Source: a virus. From it: a DNA stretch of 32,738 nt. Positions 17,066-25,213 of this stretch are shown here, one piece after another. The stretch lies in IMG/VR virus record IMGVR_UViG_3300038701_001390, positions 1 to 32,738 of that record; one strand, given 5' to 3'. A model generated the notes under the pieces. That model saw nothing but the letters and a program-made list of their open reading frames with translations. It did not search any database and was not told where the DNA came from. Position numbers and translations under genes: made by a program. The number at the start of each line of letters is the position of its first letter. Position 1 is the first letter of the stretch.

Positions 17066-17914
17066 TTATGCTTCGTGCGTTAAAACGTCATACACACCGT
17101 TGTCATCAATAACAACGCCGCCCGCGCTAAAGATAGCGTTGACCAATGTGGATGTCTTTTCAGGCACATAGTTAATTTCAGTCCGCAGATCCAAACCAAC
17201 CGCCAAACCTACTGCATCTTGGTGAAATGCAAAGTTTGTGCGTGTGTTTGAAGATACTGCCAAACCACCCTCGTCACGGCTTTCAATCAGGTGAAACTTG
17301 AAAGAAGAAAAATCCGTCAATTCACCTTTCAGCAATGGCATCAAGATATTGTAGTCAGCAGAGGCAATCTCTGTTTCCTGCAATGCTTGCTCAATGGCAT
17401 AAGCTGAAATAGCCATGTGTCTGCGTCCGTCATTGGGCACACCAGCATCATCCATCAAGCGTTTTGCTCTCAAGATTTTTGCAAGGTTAAGTCCAGTGTC
17501 AGAACCACCAACAGACTTGGCAACCTGTGTGCTGTTTGCACCAGAGGCCATTGCATCCAAGATCAGCTGATCAAGGCGGCGACCCATTGCCATTGTGGCA
17601 GTATCAACAAGCTCTTGTTTCTCATCAAAATTCAATTTTGACAAGTCATAGATGTCTGAATAATCTGCCGCGTTCCAGTCCTCAAGTGTTGCCACAGCTT
17701 TACCGTGACCAACATTCATTGGTGTAACGTCAGTTTGAGGGATACGCGGTGTTGCCACCCCTTTATTGATAATTGGAAATTCGTGTGTTGAGCCTTTTAC
17801 GCCCGTCTTGACACGAACTGCCCCGCGTAACTTCATCTTGCCCTGATACTGCTTTTTAACCAGCGTATCAAATGACGTAATAAAGTTGGTACTGGCTTGT
17901 GTTGTCATAGCCAA
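17066..17914 (-). CDS. Major capsid protein
   Basis: 282 aa with a strong AAAGGAG SD. It sits downstream of the scaffold and is bracketed by intrinsic terminators. The sequence is of the type seen in small HK97-fold podoviral capsids (FDTLVKKQYQGKMKLRGAVRVK...LEDWNAADYSDIYDLSKLNFDEKQEL...GRRLDQLILDAM). Confidence 0.75.
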   Translation of the reverse strand: MAMTTQASTNFITSFDTLVKKQYQGKMKLRGAVRVKTGVKGSTHEFPIINKGVATPRIPQTDVTPMNVGHGKAVATLEDWNAADYSDIYDLSKLNFDEKQELVDTATMAMGRRLDQLILDAMASGANSTQVAKSVGGSDTGLNLAKILRAKRLMDDAGVPNDGRRHMAISAYAIEQALQETEIASADYNILMPLLKGELTDFSSFKFHLIESRDEGGLAVSSNTRTNFAFHQDAVGLAVGLDLRTEINYVPEKTSTLVNAIFSAGGVVIDDNGVYDVLTHEA

Positions 17915-18037
17915 ACTCCTTTATTGGGTTAAGTTAATTGTCAGTGATGATACGATAAGGCCACTTGCTGAAATTGAGGGCTGTAAGAAAACAGTAGGGC
18001 CTCATAGCTTGCGGGTCGTGTCCTCATAATGATACGC

Positions 18038-18066
18038 AAAAAAACAGGGCTGCGCAAGCCCTGTTT
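18038..18066 (-). terminator. Intrinsic terminator after the 64-aa ORF, upstream of the capsid gene
   Basis: The minus strand reads AAACAGGGC-TTGCGCA-GCCCTGTTT followed by a T run (complement of the A run at 18038-18044). It lies 28 nt after the ORF stop at 18094. Confidence 0.65.
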
Positions 18067-18093
18067 AAGCAATGCTAATACAATAATAATACA

Positions 18094-18288
18094 CTATTTA
18101 AATAGTGTTGACCTTACAGCGCAATCCTTTGCCTCTAATAATTTTCTTAGAGCTGTTGTTTTTTCAGGGTTGTCTGGCAATTCATTGATCTTTTGGGCAA
18201 GATCACCAAACGGTTTACTTATTGCCTGTAAATGTTCAGGTAAATGGTTGTATGCAAAAAACTGCATAAGATAGTGTTGCTGTGGCAT
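18094..18288 (-). CDS. Small helical-hairpin protein, hypothetical (possible Acb2-like nucleotide sponge, unverified)
   Basis: 64 aa with an excellent SD (AAGGAGG 6 nt before the ATG). Two predicted helices are joined by LPDNPE: FFAYNHLPEHLQAISKPFGDLAQKINELPDNPEKTTALRKLLEAKDCAVRS. The pattern resembles the F.Y.H.P....P..E.S.AL.KLEEA..WA.AAI small-protein family as I recall it. Confidence 0.55.
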   Translation of the reverse strand: MPQQHYLMQFFAYNHLPEHLQAISKPFGDLAQKINELPDNPEKTTALRKLLEAKDCAVRSTLFK

Positions 18289-18317
18289 TGTGCCCTCCTT
18301 TGTTGAGCGTTAAAAAT

Positions 18318-18392
18318 TGGTTGCAGGGGGCGGATTTGAACCGCCGACCTCTTGCTTATGAGGCAAGTGAGCTACCGCTGCTCTACCCTACG
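18318..18392 (-). tRNA. tRNA-Met(CAU) with initiator-like identity elements; CCA encoded
   Basis: The minus strand reads CGTAGGG-TA-GAGC-AGCGGTA-GCTC-A-CTTGC-CTCATAA-GCAAG-AGGTC-GGCGG-TTCAAAT-CCGCC-CCCTGCA-A-CCA. This is a canonical cloverleaf with U8, A14, GG in the D-loop, TTC in the T-loop and anticodon CAT. It shows a C1xA72 mismatch, A11:U24 and A73. The 5' end abuts the scaffold stop codon. Confidence 0.9.
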
Positions 18393-19310
18393 TTAAAACT
18401 GCAAACGCTCTGGCCGACCGGCCGCACGGCGTTTATCAAGCATTTCCTCTGCCTTACGTATTTTGGCTGCGTCTTTGCTGGCATATGCTTTGTCAATCAT
18501 ATCAGCAATTTCTGCATCGGCTGGCAAGCCGTCATCAGTCATGTCCATTGGTATATCACTGCCGCCCATTTGTGAGCGCAGCTTATTGAGCACACGCACC
18601 TGATCACCAGTAACCGCCATTGATTTAAATGCCTCAAGGTCGCTTTCAGAAAACAAGCCTTTGCTCATCATTTCTTTACCAAAGGTTTCAACGGCGCGAA
18701 TCACAGCAGGGGCGTTTTCACCGATCTTTTTGTATTCAGCTTGGCGCATTTCTTTCAATTGATCTTCACTGTATTCAGGCGGGTTTTCAGCAATCTCTGC
18801 CGCAATATCGACCATGTGATCTGATATTTCACTGATAAAACCGCTGAACATTTCCTGTGACATACCATACTTGTGCGCAGTTTCACGGGCTGCTTTCACA
18901 AGCGGGTCATCATCTTTCATAAATTCAGCAGACTTTTCAGACGGCTCAAACTTATATTCGTCAGCGGTCTTTGGTGCTTTGTGATCACCCTTACCCATTT
19001 TGGCACGCAGATCAGCTGCAATCTTTTCTTGCTTTTTCAAGCCCTCATATAGCTTTTGAGCGTTTGGTGCTTTATTTTCAGCATCCCAATAATCATCGGG
19101 AAAATCTTCTGGCTTTTCACCAGTGCTAAAATCAAACTCAACACCCTCACCATCCTCAAGGTTATCAAGCAGCGAATCGCTGTTTTTTGTGCCATTATCA
19201 TCAGAGCCGCCAGCGTCACCGCCGTCTGTTTTATCTTCACCTGTATCAGTGGTCTGATCTTCTGCTGTTTGATCTTCACCAGTGTCATCAGTTTGGTTTT
19301 CGTCAGTCAT
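18393..19310 (-). CDS. Scaffolding protein
   Basis: 305 aa with an AAGGAGG SD. It has an extremely acidic repetitive N-terminus (TDDTGEDQTAEDQTTDTGEDKTDGGD) followed by a helical region. It lies between portal and capsid, the gp9 position. Confidence 0.65.
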   Translation of the reverse strand: MTDENQTDDTGEDQTAEDQTTDTGEDKTDGGDAGGSDDNGTKNSDSLLDNLEDGEGVEFDFSTGEKPEDFPDDYWDAENKAPNAQKLYEGLKKQEKIAADLRAKMGKGDHKAPKTADEYKFEPSEKSAEFMKDDDPLVKAARETAHKYGMSQEMFSGFISEISDHMVDIAAEIAENPPEYSEDQLKEMRQAEYKKIGENAPAVIRAVETFGKEMMSKGLFSESDLEAFKSMAVTGDQVRVLNKLRSQMGGSDIPMDMTDDGLPADAEIADMIDKAYASKDAAKIRKAEEMLDKRRAAGRPERLQF

Positions 19311-19320
19311 GTGTACCTCC

Positions 19321-19698
19321 TTAAATGTTGTTTGCAGTGCCGACTTGGTTAATCATAGAGTAAAAATCCTCAAGGGTCTTGCATTTGTTTGCAATCTCAA
19401 TGCAATTCTCAATGTCACGCACAAAGGCGTTTTGACCTTCACGGGCAAAAGCGTGATCACAAGCTGCCTCACGACCATGCTGCATTGATATGCTTGGCAT
19501 CCATGTTGCAGCCTCAATGGTGTTTTCACGCCATATTTTCAGAATATCTTTACCGGCCTTGCCTTTGAATATCTGCGCCATTTTTACACAGTATTCATAC
19601 CGCTCACGCGCTTTGGTTTCAAATTCCTCTTGCGCTGGTGTGTTTTCTTCATTGCGTTCATACCCTAACGGGTTTTGATATGCGGATTCCCACGTCAT
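19321..19698 (-). CDS. Hypothetical protein between portal and scaffold
   Basis: 125-aa ORF that starts 3 nt after the portal stop. No motif was recognised. Confidence 0.55.
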   Translation of the reverse strand: MTWESAYQNPLGYERNEENTPAQEEFETKARERYEYCVKMAQIFKGKAGKDILKIWRENTIEAATWMPSISMQHGREAACDHAFAREGQNAFVRDIENCIEIANKCKTLEDFYSMINQVGTANNI

Positions 19699-19701
19699 GT
19701 T

Positions 19702-21237
19702 TTACCCCTGTGCTTGTGCCTGGGCCTGTTGTGCAGCAATAAGCTGCGCAATCTGCCCCTTAATTTCATCAATTTCAGCGTTATCACGCAACAAATCAGC
19801 TGGTGAGCCCGTCTTTTCAGTCAACCATTGCGGTACTTTTTCAATCTCAAATGAAAGCAATGCAAGCTGCGGGTCAATGCCTGCGGTCATCTGGAATGTT
19901 TGCAAGAACCGCTGCACATCCTCAAGAGCTTGTGTTTGAGCAATAGGTGATACCACCTGAACCTGCACAAAGAAATTATCAATCTCAAAGCCCTCTGGCA
20001 GCTGTATCAAGCCTTTACGTGACAGAATTGAAACAATGCGCCTGAATAAAGGCTGCACAAATTCAAACATAGCCCGGCCATAAGCTGAACCAATATCCTG
20101 CTGAAATTCTTTTATGCGCTCTGCAATCTCATATGCCGTTGCTGGTGTTGCCTGTTGCTCTGGCAAGCGTGTATCAAGCATGGTTTTGCGTATGCTGTCT
20201 TGCAGGTCTTGGATCATAAACTCTTGAACATCAAAAGAGCCTGTGCGCGGCAGAGCCTGAATCGTTGGGCCATTAGGGCCGCCGTTACGCTCAACAGGTA
20301 TAAAGGCATTGGGCGCAATCTTGGCAGCATTGGGGTTAAACCCGCCTGTGCCAGCCACTGTGTAAACGCCAAAGACAGACAGCGCAGCGTTGCGCAACAT
20401 GTATTCTTTCATTTTGTTCAGGGTCTTAATATCTGCCATTGCCATGACAAACGGGCCAATGCCGTAAGCGTGGCCGGGCACTTTCAGCCAGCGTGGTGTG
20501 AAACAAATTTCCTCTGTGTATGTCTTTTCAATAATGCGGTGCTTGCTCTTTTCATACACAACCTCATAACGCCAAACAAACTCGTCATAATCATAATAAC
20601 ATGCCTCAATCAGCTCAATCTCATCATCGGGCTTATCTCTGATAATCTGCGCCAAGTCCTCATTGATATTGACCTTATCATTGGGCCATGTGTGCTTAAT
20701 CAGGCGGGCTTTGATTTTATATTTGCGGAATCTGCCATCAACAGTACCAAAACGCCCCTCAATCAAGCCTATTTCAGACATGGGTGAGGCAATAAAGTTA
20801 AGCGGCTGGCTTTCATCACCCTCATGCAACCAGAGTGCGCCCGTGCCAATACCCCAATCAAAGAACATTTCCGCAGCTGCTGTGCTGAAATTTGACGCAT
20901 TGAGGTATGTGAAAATAATATCTGTGAGCTTTGTAAGCTCTTTATTGTACTTTGTGCGCTGTTTTTCTGGCACACCTGGGCCCGCTTTTAGCTCTGCCCA
21001 ACGTGTAAAGACAGGCGTAAAGTTTGACTGCATGGTGTTTACAAAGTTTGAGCTGGCGTTCATAGCCGTGCTGTCATATTGCACAGTCGGTTTATTATGT
21101 GACCCATCACCTTTATTGAATGTATTGCGGTAAGGCAGCATAAACTCATACGAATCCTCAAACAGTGGCCGGTTAAGGTCGCGGTCAGAAAACGCTTTGT
21201 TTGCCCGCGCCATGAGTTTATCAATATCAAGCTGCAT
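19702..21237 (-). CDS. Portal (head-to-tail connector) protein, T7 gp8-like
   Basis: 511 aa. The N-terminal pattern (RPLFEDSYEFMLPYRNTF...YDSTAMNASSNFVNTMQSNFTPVFTRWAEL) is typical of the podoviral head-to-tail connector family. The C-terminus is Gln/Ala-rich, and the gene is followed by a scaffold gene. Confidence 0.85.
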   Translation of the reverse strand: MQLDIDKLMARANKAFSDRDLNRPLFEDSYEFMLPYRNTFNKGDGSHNKPTVQYDSTAMNASSNFVNTMQSNFTPVFTRWAELKAGPGVPEKQRTKYNKELTKLTDIIFTYLNASNFSTAAAEMFFDWGIGTGALWLHEGDESQPLNFIASPMSEIGLIEGRFGTVDGRFRKYKIKARLIKHTWPNDKVNINEDLAQIIRDKPDDEIELIEACYYDYDEFVWRYEVVYEKSKHRIIEKTYTEEICFTPRWLKVPGHAYGIGPFVMAMADIKTLNKMKEYMLRNAALSVFGVYTVAGTGGFNPNAAKIAPNAFIPVERNGGPNGPTIQALPRTGSFDVQEFMIQDLQDSIRKTMLDTRLPEQQATPATAYEIAERIKEFQQDIGSAYGRAMFEFVQPLFRRIVSILSRKGLIQLPEGFEIDNFFVQVQVVSPIAQTQALEDVQRFLQTFQMTAGIDPQLALLSFEIEKVPQWLTEKTGSPADLLRDNAEIDEIKGQIAQLIAAQQAQAQAQG

Positions 21238-21244
21238 AATTTAC

Positions 21245-21499
21245 CTACCCTAAAGAATTACGTTTTTGATCTTCTGGTGCAATACCAGTTTCAAGACCAG
21301 TGAGCAATGAAGTACCACCAGAGCGGCCGCGGCGCGCTGACAATGAGGCTTTTTTCTTTTGTTCCTCTTGTGCTTTGCGGTCAGCCTCCTCTTTTGCAAG
21401 TTTTTCCTCTTGCTCTTTTAAACGCTGCTCTTGTGCCCTGATTGCGCTGGTGTCAACCTTTGGCTTAGATGGTGAAAATATCCTTTTAACTTTGCCCAT
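21245..21499 (-). CDS. Small charged coiled-coil protein, hypothetical
   Basis: 84 aa with an AAAGGAG SD. It is Lys/Glu-rich (RLKEQEEKLAKEEADRKAQEEQKKK) and ends in RRGRSGGTSLLTGLETG. It lies just upstream of the portal. Confidence 0.55.
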   Translation of the reverse strand: MGKVKRIFSPSKPKVDTSAIRAQEQRLKEQEEKLAKEEADRKAQEEQKKKASLSARRGRSGGTSLLTGLETGIAPEDQKRNSLG

Positions 21500-21974
21500 T
21501 ATGTAACTCCTTTACCAAGAAACTGCTTGAGGGCAATTCTTTAAAGCCCCGCCTGCGCAGTAATGCGTTGTATGCTCTTGCCGTTCTGCCGTCATCATCA
21601 AAGCCAGCTGTGCTGGATGAATACAACATCACTGCCCCCATATCTTGACACACATTCAATGCAAAATCTAGCATGGCTTTAGCAATGTTACCCTGACGGC
21701 ACTGCGGGCGCACATAAAACAATATCTCAATTCCTATTTTTTCAACAGTCCACGGGTTTTCCAGCCCCCAAAACGTAAAGCCCGCCACATTCACATCGTC
21801 ATCATAGGCAACAATCACAATGGAATCGGGGTCATTCACCATGTGCATCAGGGTTTTATAGATATTATCTGTTGATAAAGTGAGCGGGCCAAGCCAATTT
21901 GATTCCTGCATAAACTCACGGCCGGCATGTGCAATGTATGGTATATCACCTGTTTCAGCTTTTTTGATTATCAT
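21486..21974 (-). CDS. GNAT-family N-acetyltransferase
   Basis: 162 aa with an AAGGTGA SD. The acetyl-CoA motif A is present as YVRPQCRQGNIAKAML (R/Q-x-x-G-x-A). The beta4/alpha3 context and C-terminal RRRGFKEL are typical of GNAT. Confidence 0.7.
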   Translation of the reverse strand: MIIKKAETGDIPYIAHAGREFMQESNWLGPLTLSTDNIYKTLMHMVNDPDSIVIVAYDDDVNVAGFTFWGLENPWTVEKIGIEILFYVRPQCRQGNIAKAMLDFALNVCQDMGAVMLYSSSTAGFDDDGRTARAYNALLRRRGFKELPSSSFLVKELHNGQS

Positions 21975-22407
21975 TTTTCACCTTACTGTATAGATCATAT
22001 GTTTCACCGTTCATGCCATAGCCGCGCATACCAATATCAGGGGTTTCATTGACAAAACCCATCATGCGCACCCACCTATGCCCTTTGCTATAATCACGCG
22101 CAACCATAGTTTCAATGCGTTGCACGGGTATTGTATCAAACAAGTGCAGGCAATTGCGGGTAATATCAATCATGTGATCGGCCGACCGCCTGCCCATCAA
22201 AGCCCATGCTCTGCCAATATGCTGCGCAATTGGGAATACACCTGCACAACAGACAACATCACCATGCGCCAGTGCGGTATAGGCATAACCACAATGCAGC
22301 AGGTGCTGGTATTCTTCACTGTTGAACAGGTCAGACATGTGCGCCTGCTGGTCAATCAGGTCAATGTGTGACAAATGCAGGGCGTTGAATTTAACAATTT
22401 CAATCAA
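21955..22407 (-). CDS. GNAT-fold-like protein (second, divergent acetyltransferase-like gene); start uncertain
   Basis: The ORF is open from a GTG at 22500, but that would overlap terL by 97 nt. A TTG at 22407 gives a TTGA overlap with the terL stop, and an ATG at 22338 is another option. ...RIETMVARDYSKGHRWVRMMGFVNE resembles the GNAT C-terminal strand-helix (R.E..v...N..s.r....GF..E). No clear acetyl-CoA P-loop-like motif was seen. Confidence 0.45.
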   Translation of the reverse strand: MIEIVKFNALHLSHIDLIDQQAHMSDLFNSEEYQHLLHCGYAYTALAHGDVVCCAGVFPIAQHIGRAWALMGRRSADHMIDITRNCLHLFDTIPVQRIETMVARDYSKGHRWVRMMGFVNETPDIGMRGYGMNGETYDLYSKVKNDNQKS

Positions 22408-23963
22408 AACGGATTCCAATCTGGTTGCACAATAATGGTTTCTTGCATACGCGGCGCGTGTGAGGTCAGGTTTATGTTTGTGGAAAATGTCAAAAGCCAC
22501 GCATCAGCTGTATCAGGTGAATAGCCAAGCTCTTTTTTAAAGTCTTTTTTGCTCTGCATAACCAGAATACTGTTATTGTACCAGTCATGTTGACGCGCGG
22601 AAAGCTCTGATTGCAGTGCTGTTGCTGTCTTTTCATCAAGCATTGACATTGAGCATGGCGCGTCCTCAAGGTATTCACGGGCTTTGCCAAACATTTCAGC
22701 TGTCATGTTTTTGTATTTTTCTGGCTCATTGCTCTGACCGCCAAAGTCAACCTTATTGACAATCTTGCCATAACCTTTGTCGACCATAATATCATAGAGC
22801 CCAACACCAAGACCACCAGCATCAATATTGACGGCAGCAGGTTTGTATTTATCAATGTCTTGAGCCAAGCGGTTTGCGCTCTTAACAAGATCCATCTTAG
22901 GATATGTTTCAATCTTGCTGGTATTACGCCCTTTACGGTGTGAAACTTTGAATTGATCACCACCAAGGCGGGCTGGGTCAACACCAAAAATTAGTGGCGC
23001 AGTGGTTTGCAGTGGTGCATTGTTACGGGCACGGCGTATGAGCATTGGTTTGACATACGAATCCGCGCCAGAGCTTTCAAATGCCTCCTCTGGTGTGAAC
23101 GGGTATTCACGCATAAACCGTTCAACATCACCTTGAAAGTCATCGGCAATCTTTTTACGCCGCCAAGCAAGGTGCTCAAGGGTGAGTCCGTCTTTTGAAA
23201 ACGTGTCATAATACTCTTGCTCACTGATAAAATCTTGCCCCTCAACAGGCTGTGAGAGCTGGAAGCTGTCAGAAACAGGGCGTTTATATTCATCTTGCCA
23301 GTACCACGGCACAAATATCAGCTCAAAATCACCCTCGCCAGACAGTGCCTGCATACATGCGCGGTGGAAATAATCACCCTGACCATTGGCTGTGCTTTCA
23401 AGTATAATCTCTGTGCCGTCCTCATCAGCCACGGTTTGCATGATACCAGCTGCGTGATCATCACAGTTTGGTGAATAAGCAACCTCTGACCAGTGTATCT
23501 GCTGCATTGTCTTTGAACGGCCCAGCCCTTTTGTGCCCGCCGTACCGACTTTATAACCACTTCTCAAGTTAGGGAATAGTAACTCTTTTGCATTACTTGT
23601 GCCTAAATGCGGTCTGAATTTCTTGTCTGCGGATTCCTCATAATAGGTTTTAACCATGTTATACAGAGAGCTGGACGCCTCATGGTCATGTGCAAAGATA
23701 AAGGTGAGCATTGCCATGTGTGACACGGTTGAATGATAGAAACGTGCGCCAACGTATGTGCTGCAACCCTGCTGCCTGCCTTTGAGGATGACTTTACGCA
23801 CGCGGCCGGTGCGTTTTTTCTGATCTTCACACTGCTCATGTATGTATTTTTGAGCGCGGTTGAATTTGAAAGGTATGAGCGGGCCTGTCTTGGGCTTAAT
23901 GAAAAGCTGGTTTTCAGCGTATAGAGGCAGGTCTGTGAGCAATTGCTCTTGAATACTTGTCAT
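22404..23963 (-). CDS. terL: Terminase large subunit
   Basis: 519 aa with an AAGGGG SD. It has a terminase-type Walker A (VILKGRQQGCSTYVGARF, the K.RQ.G.S pattern) followed by a C-terminal nuclease-like half (IFGVDPARLGGD...AVNIDAGGLG). Confidence 0.9.
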   Translation of the reverse strand: MTSIQEQLLTDLPLYAENQLFIKPKTGPLIPFKFNRAQKYIHEQCEDQKKRTGRVRKVILKGRQQGCSTYVGARFYHSTVSHMAMLTFIFAHDHEASSSLYNMVKTYYEESADKKFRPHLGTSNAKELLFPNLRSGYKVGTAGTKGLGRSKTMQQIHWSEVAYSPNCDDHAAGIMQTVADEDGTEIILESTANGQGDYFHRACMQALSGEGDFELIFVPWYWQDEYKRPVSDSFQLSQPVEGQDFISEQEYYDTFSKDGLTLEHLAWRRKKIADDFQGDVERFMREYPFTPEEAFESSGADSYVKPMLIRRARNNAPLQTTAPLIFGVDPARLGGDQFKVSHRKGRNTSKIETYPKMDLVKSANRLAQDIDKYKPAAVNIDAGGLGVGLYDIMVDKGYGKIVNKVDFGGQSNEPEKYKNMTAEMFGKAREYLEDAPCSMSMLDEKTATALQSELSARQHDWYNNSILVMQSKKDFKKELGYSPDTADAWLLTFSTNINLTSHAPRMQETIIVQPDWNPF

Positions 23964-23971
23964 TTAACCCC

Positions 23972-24268
23972 TTAATGCAGTGTGATTATGCTTTTCTTTT
24001 CAGCCTCAAGCTCTTTTAAAACATTGGCAAATGCGTACCTGAACAGATCGGCATGGTCTTTGGCACTGAAAGCATCAATTGTGTTTGCCGATTCATACGG
24101 CGTGCCCTCAATCAAAGCGGTGCAAATGACAAGCCATTCACCGTCCTGATAGCCAATACGCAGCTGATAGACGTTTTTCTTTAAATGTTTGGCAATCTCA
24201 AACACTTTTGCCTTGCGCTCATTGTCAATGTTGTAAGTGCCGTCTGGCTTAAATGGGTTTTCAATCAT
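23972..24268 (-). CDS. Hypothetical protein
   Basis: 98-aa ORF with an 8-nt overlap with the upstream gene. No motif was recognised. Confidence 0.55.
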   Translation of the reverse strand: MIENPFKPDGTYNIDNERKAKVFEIAKHLKKNVYQLRIGYQDGEWLVICTALIEGTPYESANTIDAFSAKDHADLFRYAFANVLKELEAEKKSIITLH

Positions 24269-24491
24269 TTTTCACCTTTTCTTTCAAAGCCTCAAAGCGA
24301 ATTTCTTTTAAAACTTTGCCATCCTGTGCAATAACATCAACATAAAGGCTGCCTTTGCACATGTTTTGATTAAGCTCTTGTATGCCACGCTGCACACCAC
24401 GCATGTAAACCCATATTGAATATTTTGCCACTGACCAACCAAAAGCAGTCCATAATACCATTGTGGCTATGTCTGACCATTCTATCATCAT
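24261..24491 (-). CDS. Small membrane protein, hypothetical
   Basis: 76 aa with an ATGA overlap with the methylase stop. It has an N-terminal TM helix (IATMVLWTAFGWSVAKYSIWVY). Confidence 0.55.
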   Translation of the reverse strand: MMIEWSDIATMVLWTAFGWSVAKYSIWVYMRGVQRGIQELNQNMCKGSLYVDVIAQDGKVLKEIRFEALKEKVKND

Positions 24492-25213
24492 ATAAACAAA
24501 TCAACCTGATCTGCTCTGCCACGCAGGTGATCAGGAAGCCTTTCATTTTGTGCCTCTGCAATGCGCTTGCACGCTATATCAAAATACTCACGCTCAAACT
24601 CAATACCAATAAATTTACGCCCCTGACGCACGGCGGCAATACCTGTTGCGCCTGTGCCCATGAACGGATCAAGTATGTACTCACATTGGGTAAATTGCAA
24701 GCACCACTCCATGAGAGCAATAGGCTTTTGTGTTGGGTGTGTGCGCTCACTGCCTTTTTCACTATCACGCAGAAAGCCATCCCACAAATGTCTGAATATG
24801 CGGGCAGCCCCGTACTCACTGCACCATGCAAGCTCCGCATCAGCCTGATTGCGCTCTGGCACAACACCGCAACGCTTATCCCATATCAAAGTGCGCCCGT
24901 TGTGAGGCAGGCGGTGGGCATAATGGTTTGCGCCCCACAGTATCTGCTCTTTACCAATCAACCACTTGGCCGGGTCAAACTCCTCATCATTACCCATTAC
25001 AGGCTTGAATGTCTTGCCCTGACCAGATCCAGTTTTGCGGTTGAAATTCATATCTGTCATGATCGGCACACCGTATGGCGGGTCAGAAACAACAGCCAAC
25101 TGCTCAAGATCGCAGCCGTATTGGTTAAAACCTACCATCATATTATCAGCGCAGAATAGCAGAGCGTTACCAATACGCACGCAATCAGGATTTTCTTTCA
25201 ATAATGCTGTCAT
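24488..25213 (-). CDS. DNA methyltransferase, beta-class N6-adenine/N4-cytosine (DPPY), orphan
   Basis: 241 aa. Motif IV (VVSDPPYGV) precedes motif I (HPTQKPIALMEWC...ILDPFMGTGATGIAAVRQGRKFIGIEFEREY), the beta-class order seen in CcrM-like enzymes. There is no adjacent restriction endonuclease ORF. Confidence 0.85.
   Translation of the reverse strand: MTALLKENPDCVRIGNALLFCADNMMVGFNQYGCDLEQLAVVSDPPYGVPIMTDMNFNRKTGSGQGKTFKPVMGNDEEFDPAKWLIGKEQILWGANHYAHRLPHNGRTLIWDKRCGVVPERNQADAELAWCSEYGAARIFRHLWDGFLRDSEKGSERTHPTQKPIALMEWCLQFTQCEYILDPFMGTGATGIAAVRQGRKFIGIEFEREYFDIACKRIAEAQNERLPDHLRGRADQVDLFI

Noticed and set aside
18282-18575. 97-aa + strand ORF (…GADLNRRPLAYEASELPLLYP…)
   Set aside because: This peptide is the familiar translation of the complement of a tRNA gene. 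The region is explained by the minus-strand tRNA(CAU) and the scaffold gene.
20155-20787. 210-aa + strand ORF antisense to the portal gene
   Set aside because: It lies entirely within a well-supported minus-strand gene. The product is Cys/Leu/Ile-rich low-complexity sequence, with no SD and no motif. It is a typical antisense open frame produced by codon bias.
24416-25159. 247-aa + strand ORF antisense to the DPPY methyltransferase
   Set aside because: The methylase frame carries unmistakable motifs (DPPY, FMGTGATG). The antisense product is Cys/Leu-rich with no recognisable features or ribosome-binding site.
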